A DNA stretch of 37,269 nt from Gemmatimonadales bacterium (GTDB taxonomy: Bacteria > Gemmatimonadota > Gemmatimonadetes > Gemmatimonadales > GWC2-71-9), in assembly GCA_041615815.1 (NCBI GenBank), contig JBFJCP010000037.1, positions 1-37,269 of the forward strand, in the 5' to 3' direction. The position numbers were made by a program, and so were the translations under genes. Positions within the stretch are counted from its first letter, which is position 1; every line of letters begins with the position of its first letter. Positions 9,292 through 17,278 of this stretch are shown here, piece by piece. The notes beneath the pieces were generated by a model. It was not told the DNA's origin. It did no database searches and saw only the letters and a list, made by a program, of their open reading frames with translations.

Positions 9292-10239
9292 CTAGAACCG
9301 AACCACCTCCACCAACACCGCCGTTCCCGCGCCGACGGCCAAACCCGCCACCACGTCGGACGGGAAATGACGTCCAGCCGCGATCCGGAGGACGCCGACG
9401 GTTCCGGCGGCCGCGAGGGCCAGCCATCGCCGGGTGGCAGATTGTCGCTGTTGGTGCAGCCAATAGCTGGTGGCCAACGCCATGGCGGCCGCGGCGTGCC
9501 CAGATGGGAGCGAGCGTCGGCTGTCCACGTCTGCGGCGGCATCGAGCGCTCCGTCGCCGTACAGGACCGGGCGCGGCCGGGCCGCAACCGCCTTGAGGAC
9601 CTGCGTCACCGCCACCGCCCACGCGGCGGCTTCTGCGGACGCGGCGATCCGCCCGAACCGGGTACCCGCATCGGCACCCATCTGATCCAGCCACGTACCC
9701 CCGGCCAGCCCCAGCAGCAGGACGGTGCTCGTCACCGAAACACCCGCGCGCTCCTCCCCCGTGGCCCAGCGATCGAAGAACGGAACGTTGCGCCGGTCGC
9801 AGGGCGCACACCCGGTTGGGGGCTCGTTGATATCGAGCCAGCCCGGCAGGAGAGCCACCACGCCCGCCCCGGCTGCGGAAACGACGGACGAAAGGAGAGA
9901 AGGCGAGAAGGAAGCAAAGCTGGAAGGACGGCCCGAAGGTTGGAACGACGTGCGTGGGAGAGGAGGGTCGTCCAGCGGGCTCGGACCCAGCGGTCCCGCG
10001 ACGAGCAGCTGGAATCGACCCGCTTTCAGGCTTTCCGCCCCTCCCACATTCCAGCGTTCCAGCCTGTCGACCTTGCTGCCTTCCGCCGGTGCAATTGCCT
10101 GCGCTGCAGCACCTTCCGCCGCTCCTAAGAGCAGCAATAGCACAAAGATGGCTCCGCCGCGCCGGGCCTTGTGCCCGGCCGGGGCCGACGGTAGCTTCGT
10201 AGATCTCAAAACGCCGTTTTCTGGCTTCGACACGATCAC
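9292..10239 (-). CDS. PAP2 family phosphatase (start uncertain)
   Basis: All three PAP2 motifs: C1 KAVAARPRP, C2 PSGH, C3 RIAAGRHFPSD; N-terminal signal-like stretch. Confidence 0.85.
   Translation of the reverse strand: MIVSKPENGVLRSTKLPSAPAGHKARRGGAIFVLLLLLGAAEGAAAQAIAPAEGSKVDRLERWNVGGAESLKAGRFQLLVAGPLGPSPLDDPPLPRTSFQPSGRPSSFASFSPSLLSSVVSAAGAGVVALLPGWLDINEPPTGCAPCDRRNVPFFDRWATGEERAGVSVTSTVLLLGLAGGTWLDQMGADAGTRFGRIAASAEAAAWAVAVTQVLKAVAARPRPVLYGDGALDAAADVDSRRSLPSGHAAAAMALATSYWLHQQRQSATRRWLALAAAGTVGVLRIAAGRHFPSDVVAGLAVGAGTAVLVEVVRF
9875..10084. repeat. Two oppositely oriented degenerate octamer arrays within the PAP2 ORF
   Basis: 9883-9950: gacggacg aaaggaga gaaggcga gaaggaag caaagctg gaaggacg (gccc) gaaggttg gaacgacg. 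10021-10084: cgctttca ggctttcc gcccctcc cacattcc agcgttcc agcctgtc gaccttgc tgccttcc. Confidence 0.65.
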
Positions 10240-10256
10240 CGACTCCCAGAGGCGCC

Positions 10257-11459
10257 GTGGACACCCACACGCTGCAGCAGGTCGCGCTGTTCGACAAATG
10301 TAGGAACTACACGAAGGCGCGCGAGGTCCAGGCCGCGGGTCTGTATCCCTACTTCAAGCCCATTTCCGAGTCTGAAGACACGGTTGTCACCATCGAGGGC
10401 TCGCAGAAGCTGATGATGGGCTCCAACAACTATCTCGGCCTCACGCACCACCCCAAGGTCTTGGAGGCAGCCCGCAGCGCCCTCGAGCGATTCGGCTCGG
10501 GATGTACCGGCAGCCGGTTTCTCAATGGGACGCTCGATCTGCACGAGCGTTTGGAGTGTCGCCTTGCCGAGTTCTTCGGTAAGGAGGGGTCTCTCGTCTT
10601 TTCCACCGGCTATCAGGCCAATTTGGGACTCATCTCCGGCTTGGTGGGCCGTGGCGATGTGGTGTTCATCGACAAGTTGGACCATGCGTCCATCGTCGAC
10701 GGTGCCAAGATGTCCTTCGGGCAGACCGAGCGATTCAACCACGGTGACTACGCGCAGCTGGAGCGGCGGCTTCAGGGGCACGCGGGTCGCGGCATGTTGA
10801 TCATCGTGGACGGCGTCTACTCGATGGAGGGCGACATTGCCGACGCCCCACGGTTGTTGGAGATCGCCCATCGCTACGGCGCCGCGCTGGCCATCGACGA
10901 CGCCCACGCGGTGGGCGTGCTTGGACCCAAGGGCGATGGCACCGCCGCTCATTTCGGACTCGTGGACGAGGTCGATCTCGTGGTCGGGACGTTTTCCAAG
11001 TCGCTCGCGTCCATTGGCGGCTTCGTGGCCGGCTCCGAGAGCGTAATCCACTATCTGAAGCACCACAGCAGGCCGCTCATCTTCTCCGCCGCCCTTCCCC
11101 CCGCGAACACGGCAGGTGTGTTGGCGGCACTCGAAGTGATGATCTCCGAGCCGGAGCGACGTCGGAGGTTGTGGGAGAACACGCTGCGATTCCAGGAGGG
11201 TGCGCGGAGTCTTGGCTACGACATCGGGCCCTCGCAGACACCGATCGTGCCTGTGCTCATCGGACCACTCGAAAAGACGTTCCGCTTCTGGCGGCGGCTG
11301 TTCGACGAAGGGGTGTTCACCAACCCCGTAGTGCCGCCGGCCGTCCCCATGGACCAATGCCGGCTGCGAGCCAGCCTCATGGCGACGCACACCCCTGACC
11401 AGATCGACTTCGCGCTCGACATCTTCGCGAAGCTCGGCAAGGACATGGGGGTGGTTTGA
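10257..11459 (+). CDS. spt: Serine palmitoyltransferase (PLP-dependent alpha-oxoamine synthase family)
   Basis: GLYPYF, GSNNYLGLTHHPKV, GSRFLNGTLDLH, DHAS, DDAH, PLP lysine in GTFSKSLAS, LFDEGVFTNPVVPPA, SLMATH. Resembles Bacteroidetes-type Spt as recalled; bCerS/CerR-like genes follow. Confidence 0.85.
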   Translation: MDTHTLQQVALFDKCRNYTKAREVQAAGLYPYFKPISESEDTVVTIEGSQKLMMGSNNYLGLTHHPKVLEAARSALERFGSGCTGSRFLNGTLDLHERLECRLAEFFGKEGSLVFSTGYQANLGLISGLVGRGDVVFIDKLDHASIVDGAKMSFGQTERFNHGDYAQLERRLQGHAGRGMLIIVDGVYSMEGDIADAPRLLEIAHRYGAALAIDDAHAVGVLGPKGDGTAAHFGLVDEVDLVVGTFSKSLASIGGFVAGSESVIHYLKHHSRPLIFSAALPPANTAGVLAALEVMISEPERRRRLWENTLRFQEGARSLGYDIGPSQTPIVPVLIGPLEKTFRFWRRLFDEGVFTNPVVPPAVPMDQCRLRASLMATHTPDQIDFALDIFAKLGKDMGVV

Positions 11460-12583
11460 CGTCGCGGGTGGTCGTGCGGCCGGTGACGTCGGCCGCCGAC
11501 CTCAGACGCTTCATCGCCTTTCCATATCGGCTGCATCGCGGGGACCCACTTTGGGTCCCCCCGTTGCGTATGGATATCCGCACGTTGCTCTCGAAGACGA
11601 ACAATCCCTTTTTCGAGCACGCCGAGGCGGAGTACTTTCTGGCCGAACGCCGCGGGGAGGGTGATCCGCTGGTGGGCCGCATCGCCGCCATCCACAACTA
11701 CGCCCACAACGAGTTTCACGACGATCGAGTGGGCTTCTATGGCTTCTTCGAGTCGATCGACGATCAAGCCGTGGCCGACGCGCTTTTTGAGGCCGCGGCG
11801 GCGTGGCTCAGGCACCGCGGGCTTACGTCGATGCGCGGGCCCGTCTCATTCTCCACCAACGACGAGTGCGGCCTCGTGGTGGACGGCGTGGATACCCCGC
11901 CGGTGATCCTGAATCCCCACAATCCGGCGTACTACGTTGGACTCACCGAGCGGGCGGGATTCACGAAGGCCAAGGACCTGATCCTCTATCAAAGCACGAC
12001 CCCCACGTTGCCCGAACGCCTCATGAAGGGCGCCCGTCTCGTGGCCGAGCGGAAGAAGCTCACCGTTCGTCACCTGGACATGAAGCGTTTCGCCGAAGAA
12101 GTGGATCGCATCAAGCACATCTATAATCGGGCGTGGGAGAAAAACTGGGGCTTCGTCCCGATGACGGATGCCGAAGTGGATCATCTGGCGAAGCAGCTGA
12201 AGCCGGTCGTCGTGCCGGAGCTCGTCGTGTTCGTTGAGCGCGGCGATGATCTCGTGGGCTTCGCCGCCGCCATCCCGGACATGAATGTCGCCCTCAAGAA
12301 CAATCCCTCCGGCCGGCTGTTTCCCGGAATCCTGAAGATCCTCTGGGCGGCCCGGAAGATCACGCGCGTTCGGATTCTCCTGCTGGGACTGGTCAAAGAA
12401 TTCCGGAAGTCCGGCGCCGACGCCCTCATGATCCACTGGATCTGGGAGCACGGACGTGCGAAGGGCTACGATTGGGCCGAGTCCGGGTGGATCCTCGAGG
12501 ACAATGCGCCCATGAACAACGCGATGCGGCGTGTGGGCTTCGACCCCTACAAGACCCTCCGTCTCTACGACCGACCACTGTGA
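11456..12583 (+). CDS. GNAT-fold N-acyltransferase, bacterial ceramide synthase (bCerS/YghO-like)
   Basis: FIAFPYRLHRGDPLWVPPL, NPFFEH, GRIAAI, GFFESIDD, MRGP, STNDECGL, AESGWILEDN; TTG start overlaps the spt stop. Confidence 0.8.
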   Translation: MTSRVVVRPVTSAADLRRFIAFPYRLHRGDPLWVPPLRMDIRTLLSKTNNPFFEHAEAEYFLAERRGEGDPLVGRIAAIHNYAHNEFHDDRVGFYGFFESIDDQAVADALFEAAAAWLRHRGLTSMRGPVSFSTNDECGLVVDGVDTPPVILNPHNPAYYVGLTERAGFTKAKDLILYQSTTPTLPERLMKGARLVAERKKLTVRHLDMKRFAEEVDRIKHIYNRAWEKNWGFVPMTDAEVDHLAKQLKPVVVPELVVFVERGDDLVGFAAAIPDMNVALKNNPSGRLFPGILKILWAARKITRVRILLLGLVKEFRKSGADALMIHWIWEHGRAKGYDWAESGWILEDNAPMNNAMRRVGFDPYKTLRLYDRPL

Positions 12584-13584
12584 GAATCTTCGTGACCGGC
12601 GGAACGGGATTCGTCGGCTCACATCTCGTCGATGTGCTGGTCCAGGCCGGCCATGACGTCGTGTGTCTCGTTCGGGACGTCCGCAAACTCGAGCGGATGT
12701 TTCCTGCCGATCGGCGGCCACGCTTTGTGGGTGGAACGCTGCACGACGAGACGGCGCTTCGCGCGGGCTTGGAAGACGTCGACGCGGTCATCCACGTGGC
12801 TGGGATGATTGCTGCGCGCAGTCGGCAGGAGTTCTTTGCGGTGAACACGGAGGGGACGGGACGCCTGCTCAACGTGGCGGCACGGAGCGCACCAACGCTC
12901 CAGCGGTTCGTCTACCTCAGCAGCCTCGCCGCCGTGGGTCCGGCCTCGCCTGGCGCCCCGCTCGGCGAAAACGTCTCTCCAAACCCCGTGAGTGCCTACG
13001 GTGAGAGCAAGCTCGCGGCAGAGGAGGCGGTGCGCGCCACGAAGCTCCCCTGGACGATCGTGCGTCCCCCCACGGTCTACGGACCGCGCGACCGCGAGAT
13101 CCTCCGGGTCTTCAAGCTCGCCGCGCGCGGCTTCATTCCTCTGGTCGGCAGTCTGGATCAAGAGCTCTCGCTCATCCACGTGCGTGATCTGGCCGGTGCG
13201 ATGCTCGCAGCCTTGCACGACGCCGCCCAAGGTCTGACCTACTTCGCGTGTCACCCCGAGCCGGTCACGGCCAAGAGGTTCGCCCAGGCGATCCATCGGG
13301 CCGTGCACCTCGTGAAGGCCACGGGCCGAGAGGGGCGGGACCCGATGCTGCTGCAGATTCCGGCGTCGTTGGCGAGGCCGGCCCTCACGATTTCTGGCAC
13401 CCTGGCCCGGATGATGGGACGAGCCACGGTCCTGTCGGGGGACAAAGTGACCGAGTTTCTGGCGGACGCGTGGACCTGTTCCCCAGCCGCGCTGGAGCGC
13501 GATACGGGATGGCGCGCCGAGACCGCACTGGCCGACGGACTCCTCGAGACGGCTCGCTGGTACCACGAACGCGGTTGGTTGTGA
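12580..13584 (+). CDS. NAD(P)-dependent epimerase/dehydratase (extended SDR), putative ceramide reductase (CerR-like)
   Basis: GTG 12580 overlaps the upstream TGA; VTGGTGFVG Rossmann motif; LSS and YGESK catalytic residues; RPPTVYGP. Confidence 0.8.
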   Translation: MRIFVTGGTGFVGSHLVDVLVQAGHDVVCLVRDVRKLERMFPADRRPRFVGGTLHDETALRAGLEDVDAVIHVAGMIAARSRQEFFAVNTEGTGRLLNVAARSAPTLQRFVYLSSLAAVGPASPGAPLGENVSPNPVSAYGESKLAAEEAVRATKLPWTIVRPPTVYGPRDREILRVFKLAARGFIPLVGSLDQELSLIHVRDLAGAMLAALHDAAQGLTYFACHPEPVTAKRFAQAIHRAVHLVKATGREGRDPMLLQIPASLARPALTISGTLARMMGRATVLSGDKVTEFLADAWTCSPAALERDTGWRAETALADGLLETARWYHERGWL

Positions 13585-14438
13585 GACCCGTCGACAAACT
13601 CTTCGCTGTGTATTTCGCGTTTGTGACTGTCGTCGTCATCGTGCGGGGCGGTCCCGACGACGCCGGTGATGGATGGTTACTTCTTGCCCACGCGCTTTTT
13701 GGCGTCCTGGTGTTCTTGTTCTCCCGACTTCGCAGCACCCAGCCGGTGGGACAGTTCCTTTGGGATTTCTACCCGCTCTTGCTGATCCCCGGACTGTACA
13801 CCGAGATCGGCGTGCTCTCGGAGCAATTGGGCCGGCCGGCCATCCTCGCCCATGACGCCGTGGTCCAGGCGTGGGAGTTGGCCATTTTTGGCAGCCAAGT
13901 CTCGTATGAGTGGATCCGCCAGGCACCATCGGTGTTCTGGTCCGGGGTGTTGCACCTCGCCTACTTCACGTACTACCCCATTGTTTTTCTCGGACCCTTT
14001 CTCCTGCTCATTCGTGGCGAGCGCGCCCGTGGCCGCGCGGTCCTTTTCACGATTTCTCTCACGTTCGTGATTTGCTACGTCGTCTTCATTCTCTACCCCG
14101 TGGCCGGGCCCAACTGGGTCTGGGAACATCCGTCCGGCCCCGTTCGCGACGTGTGGAGCGCACGACTCGTCTACGCAATCTTGGCCGGCGGCTCCTCCAT
14201 CGGGGCGGCGTTTCCCTCTTCGCACGTGGCCGCCACGATGGCCGCGACCCTCGCGCTCTGGCACCAGTGGAGACGCTTGGGTGCGCTGTTCATCGTGCCT
14301 GCCATCCTGTTGGTCGTCGCAACGGTGTACTGTCAGATGCACTACGCCATCGATGCGGCCACGGGATTGCTGGTAGGAGTACCCGTCGGATGGTGGGTCG
14401 GGAAGGGAGCGGGGAGCGGGGAGCAGGGAGCGGGATGA
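13581..14438 (+). CDS. AUR1/inositol-phosphorylceramide-synthase-like PAP2 membrane phosphotransferase
   Basis: GTG 13581 overlaps the upstream TGA; polytopic; AYFTYY, YPVAGPNW, AFPSSH, TVYCQMHYAID; lacks the KxxxxxxRP phosphatase motif. Confidence 0.75.
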   Translation: MRPVDKLFAVYFAFVTVVVIVRGGPDDAGDGWLLLAHALFGVLVFLFSRLRSTQPVGQFLWDFYPLLLIPGLYTEIGVLSEQLGRPAILAHDAVVQAWELAIFGSQVSYEWIRQAPSVFWSGVLHLAYFTYYPIVFLGPFLLLIRGERARGRAVLFTISLTFVICYVVFILYPVAGPNWVWEHPSGPVRDVWSARLVYAILAGGSSIGAAFPSSHVAATMAATLALWHQWRRLGALFIVPAILLVVATVYCQMHYAIDAATGLLVGVPVGWWVGKGAGSGEQGAG

Positions 14439-14575
14439 GACGGGGAGCGGGGAGCCGGGAGCGGGGAGCAGGAAAAGCAGAGCTGGCGTGGCAAGGACGG
14501 CTCGTCAGTGCGAACCGCCCTTCGCCTGACGTCGGAGCAAACCGCTCCCCGCTCCCGGCTCCCCGCTCCCCGTCT
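14405..14575. repeat. Heptamer array forming a perfect 32-bp inverted repeat between convergent genes
   Basis: 14438-14469 agacggggagcggggagccgggagcggggagc is the exact reverse complement of 14544-14575; 74-nt spacer; further GGGAGC(G/A) units at 14405-14434. Confidence 0.9.
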
Positions 14576-15680
14576 AGTGCGCGTGTCCGTCGTCGCTCAC
14601 CATGCCGGCTGAGCGCTCAGTCGAAAGTCCAGCGATCTCTTCATATGTGCCTCGGACCTCCCGCATGTAGTGACTGCGGTCGAGCGCATACAACGGATTG
14701 GTGAGATCGGCCCGCGGCCACATCCCTCCTCCCGACGGCATGAACACTCCACCCACCACACCCATACCACCGGCCACGAGCGTGTCTGTCGAAGGGTTGT
14801 TGTAGGTCACGATCACCCGATACACGTGATCCGGATAGACTTTGGCCCCGAGAGTCTTGTACAGCCGCCCCAGGGTGACACCGACGAGATTGCCTTCGCC
14901 GTCCTCGATGGGAAGACCCTCCCAGATGACCTCGTTCTCGGTCACGTCCACGAACTTGATGCTCTCCGCCAACTCATGCATGTGACCGCCAATGGCCATG
15001 ATGCGACCCTCCAGACTCGGACTCGCCTCGTATGACCACTCCGATCGGCCCGGCGGCAGATCGAACGACTTGTCACCCGCGGGAAACGCAACATCGAGCT
15101 GGAATGGATACACGTTGAAGAGCGGCCAGGGACGGCCGGCCTTCACATACTTGAGACGTACCCGCACCTCGACCCCGCTATGCGCGGCGCCGGTGGGATT
15201 GTGGAGCATAGCCGTCACCACCATGGGCGTGCCTTCCGGGATCGGATAGCCCAAGAGCCATCGGGGCATGGCTTGCGATCCCGTTTCCTTCCCCACCGCC
15301 AGCATTCGCTGTGAAATGGGAAGAAAGAGCTCCCGGTGAACCGGGTTGATCAGGTTGAGGTGATGGAGGATCTCGACGGGAAGCTGCTTCCCTGCACCGT
15401 TCACTACCTCGTAGCTGAAGCCGTACAGGTAGGCACTGATGGGGAACTGCACGGTCTCGACCGGAGCGAAGACGGCCCCGCCATGGACGGCATGGGGATC
15501 GTTGCCGCCATGATGCGCCGCCTCACCCGGTTCCATAGCCCCCTGAGGCAGCTCCATGGGCCCAATCGTCAACACGAACTCACCCGCGGCTACGTCATTG
15601 ATCAGACGTGTCGCGGTCTCCTGAGCGAACGCAGTCTCCCCTCCAAGAAGGGCAACCAATACCAGCAAAGAGACTCTCAC
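14574..15680 (-). CDS. Secreted copper type II monooxygenase-like (PHM/DBM fold) protein
   Basis: GTG 15680 with AGGAG RBS; signal ending AFA-Q; ILHHLN...MLHNP...GGHMH...YNNP...GGMG ligand set with PHM-like spacing. Confidence 0.7.
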   Translation of the reverse strand: MRVSLLVLVALLGGETAFAQETATRLINDVAAGEFVLTIGPMELPQGAMEPGEAAHHGGNDPHAVHGGAVFAPVETVQFPISAYLYGFSYEVVNGAGKQLPVEILHHLNLINPVHRELFLPISQRMLAVGKETGSQAMPRWLLGYPIPEGTPMVVTAMLHNPTGAAHSGVEVRVRLKYVKAGRPWPLFNVYPFQLDVAFPAGDKSFDLPPGRSEWSYEASPSLEGRIMAIGGHMHELAESIKFVDVTENEVIWEGLPIEDGEGNLVGVTLGRLYKTLGAKVYPDHVYRVIVTYNNPSTDTLVAGGMGVVGGVFMPSGGGMWPRADLTNPLYALDRSHYMREVRGTYEEIAGLSTERSAGMVSDDGHAH

Positions 15681-15742
15681 GGGATCAACTCCTAGCTCAC
15701 CGTTTGTCGTAACCAACAAGGGAACCGGCCGGGGCTGTGAAA

Positions 15743-16423
15743 TCAACCCTCGGTTGCCTCGACGCTGGCAAGCGGGGCGCGCGTGCGAGCGCGGAGGCTC
15801 CGCAGCTTCAGGATCCAGAAGATCGACACCGCCAGCAACACGAGACCCAATGAAATGAATGCGAGGAGCTTCACATCGATCTGGAGGAGCGCGCCGAACG
15901 TCGCAAAGACCCAGATCCTGGGAAACCGCCCCAGTGCCGTGGCAACCATCTGCCGGTTGACGTCATAGCCAGCCAGCGGAGAGATGAACCGCACCGGCCA
16001 GTACGGTAGGATGGACCAGCTACACAGCCATATCGTGAAGAACGGGGCCCGGCGAAAGCGCTCGAGCACCCACGTGGACAGACGGCTCTGGCGTGCACGG
16101 GTCAGCGCGTCGACTCTCAGAATCCGGCGGTAAATGTGATAGTTCAGATACTCGGCGTAGATCGTCCCCGCCGTGCCAACTACCGCGACGAGCAACGGTG
16201 GATAAACGCGACCAAAAAGAATCACGATGGGCTCGTACGTGGACGGCAAGAACGGTGCGATGGGGCCATTCACCCAGATGGTGATCAGCCCAAACGCCAC
16301 GAACCCGCCGGTGGCCGGAACAAGGATAGTCAGCGGAATGGCCAGGAGCAGGACGACCGCCGTAGCCCTGAGAAACCGGTCCCACACGGGAGATCCGATG
16401 CGGCGGGTCAGCAGAGCGAGCAT
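15743..16423 (-). CDS. DedA/VTT (SNARE-associated) family membrane protein
   Basis: Polytopic; PFLPSTYEP, VGTAGT, ILPYWPVRF, LGRFPR resemble DedA/YqaA motifs. Confidence 0.7.
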   Translation of the reverse strand: MLALLTRRIGSPVWDRFLRATAVVLLLAIPLTILVPATGGFVAFGLITIWVNGPIAPFLPSTYEPIVILFGRVYPPLLVAVVGTAGTIYAEYLNYHIYRRILRVDALTRARQSRLSTWVLERFRRAPFFTIWLCSWSILPYWPVRFISPLAGYDVNRQMVATALGRFPRIWVFATFGALLQIDVKLLAFISLGLVLLAVSIFWILKLRSLRARTRAPLASVEATEG

Positions 16424-16520
16424 ATGGACCGGACGCCTCGCTACTCCGATCCCGCGAATCGCATGGTAGCGGCCGCACTAGCGGCAGAAGAAGTCACAAG
16501 GAACCACCACGGTCCGGGTA

Positions 16521-16560
16521 CAACAAACGAGGTCGCCCGGTCATGGACCGGGCGACCTCG
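16521..16560 (-). terminator. Rho-independent terminator after the cupredoxin gene
   Basis: Perfect 15-bp stem CGAGGTCGCCCGGTC-ATG-GACCGGGCGACCTCG (16528-16560), followed on the minus strand by TTTGTTG. Confidence 0.8.
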
Positions 16561-16595
16561 GGTGCGTGCTCTCGAGAGAGCAGCGACACTCCTTC

Positions 16596-17087
16596 TTACT
16601 GCTCCACCGTCAGCGTGGCCTTCATACCCAGGGCTTCGTGTGGGGTGCAAAAATAGCCATACGTCCCCGTCGGCGCCCCCGTAAAGGTGATCTCGAACGA
16701 CTGATTGGGCTGCGTCATCAGCATCCCGCTCATCGGGCCGATGTTCCCTTGCTTGCCCGCATACACGGTCGTCAGGTAATCCTTAGCGCCGGCTGGAATC
16801 TGGTTCTCGTAAAACGCCACGTTGTGCGGAAAGCCACTCATGTTCAGCCAGCGAACGGTGTCTCCCACCTTGATGGTGAGCGTCGCCGGCCGGTACACGT
16901 AGTTTCCGTCGTTCGTAAGGAGCATCTGAACTTCGTGAACGGTGCCGGTTCCACGCTCGGTCGCGGTAGCCGTGGGCTGACAAGGCTGCATCGCTGCGCC
17001 CTCGGTCGCACCCTCGGACTGCGCCCCCTGCTCACCACCACCGCAGGCTAGGCCCAGGACGGCAAAAGCCGCGATCAGTTTGCGCAT
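16596..17087 (-). CDS. Plastocyanin/azurin family blue copper lipoprotein
   Basis: Lipobox LGLA-C; PATLTIKVGDTVRW; PHNV; YFCTPHEALGM (C-x2-H-x4-M type 1 Cu loop); GGAGG RBS. Confidence 0.92.
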   Translation of the reverse strand: MRKLIAAFAVLGLACGGGEQGAQSEGATEGAAMQPCQPTATATERGTGTVHEVQMLLTNDGNYVYRPATLTIKVGDTVRWLNMSGFPHNVAFYENQIPAGAKDYLTTVYAGKQGNIGPMSGMLMTQPNQSFEITFTGAPTGTYGYFCTPHEALGMKATLTVEQ

Positions 17088-17122
17088 CTAATTGTCCTCC
17101 GTGTAGAATCCGGGTTCGGTGC

Positions 17123-17140
17123 TTGTGAAAGTTGTCACAA
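17123..17140. promoter_or_regulatory. Palindromic operator, Rex-type or CRP/FNR-family
   Basis: TTGTGAAAGTTGTCACAA: perfect TGTGA-N6-TCACA core and one mismatch from Rex TTGTGAAnnnnTTCACAA; an AT-rich island about 35 nt upstream of the cupredoxin start. Confidence 0.7.
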
Positions 17141-17278
17141 ATGTAAATGGCTGCGCCTCCGATGGAAGACCCGTCTCCCAGGGTTGCGCTTTCGGAAGAA
17201 ACGATGAACTTCATGGCGGCATGCAATCGCCCATCCCGCAACCACTTGTAGCGCTCGCGCCTGAAGGGTCCGCCACCC

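Noticed and set aside
10257..11459. BioF or Kbl assignment for the PLP enzyme
   Set aside because: No bio or tdh genes nearby; sequence features and bCerS/CerR-like neighbours favour Spt, though a phylogeny is needed to exclude it.
14405..14575. CRISPR array or IS ends
   Set aside because: Units are 7-nt tandem repeats without unique spacers; no cas or transposase gene and no clear target duplication.
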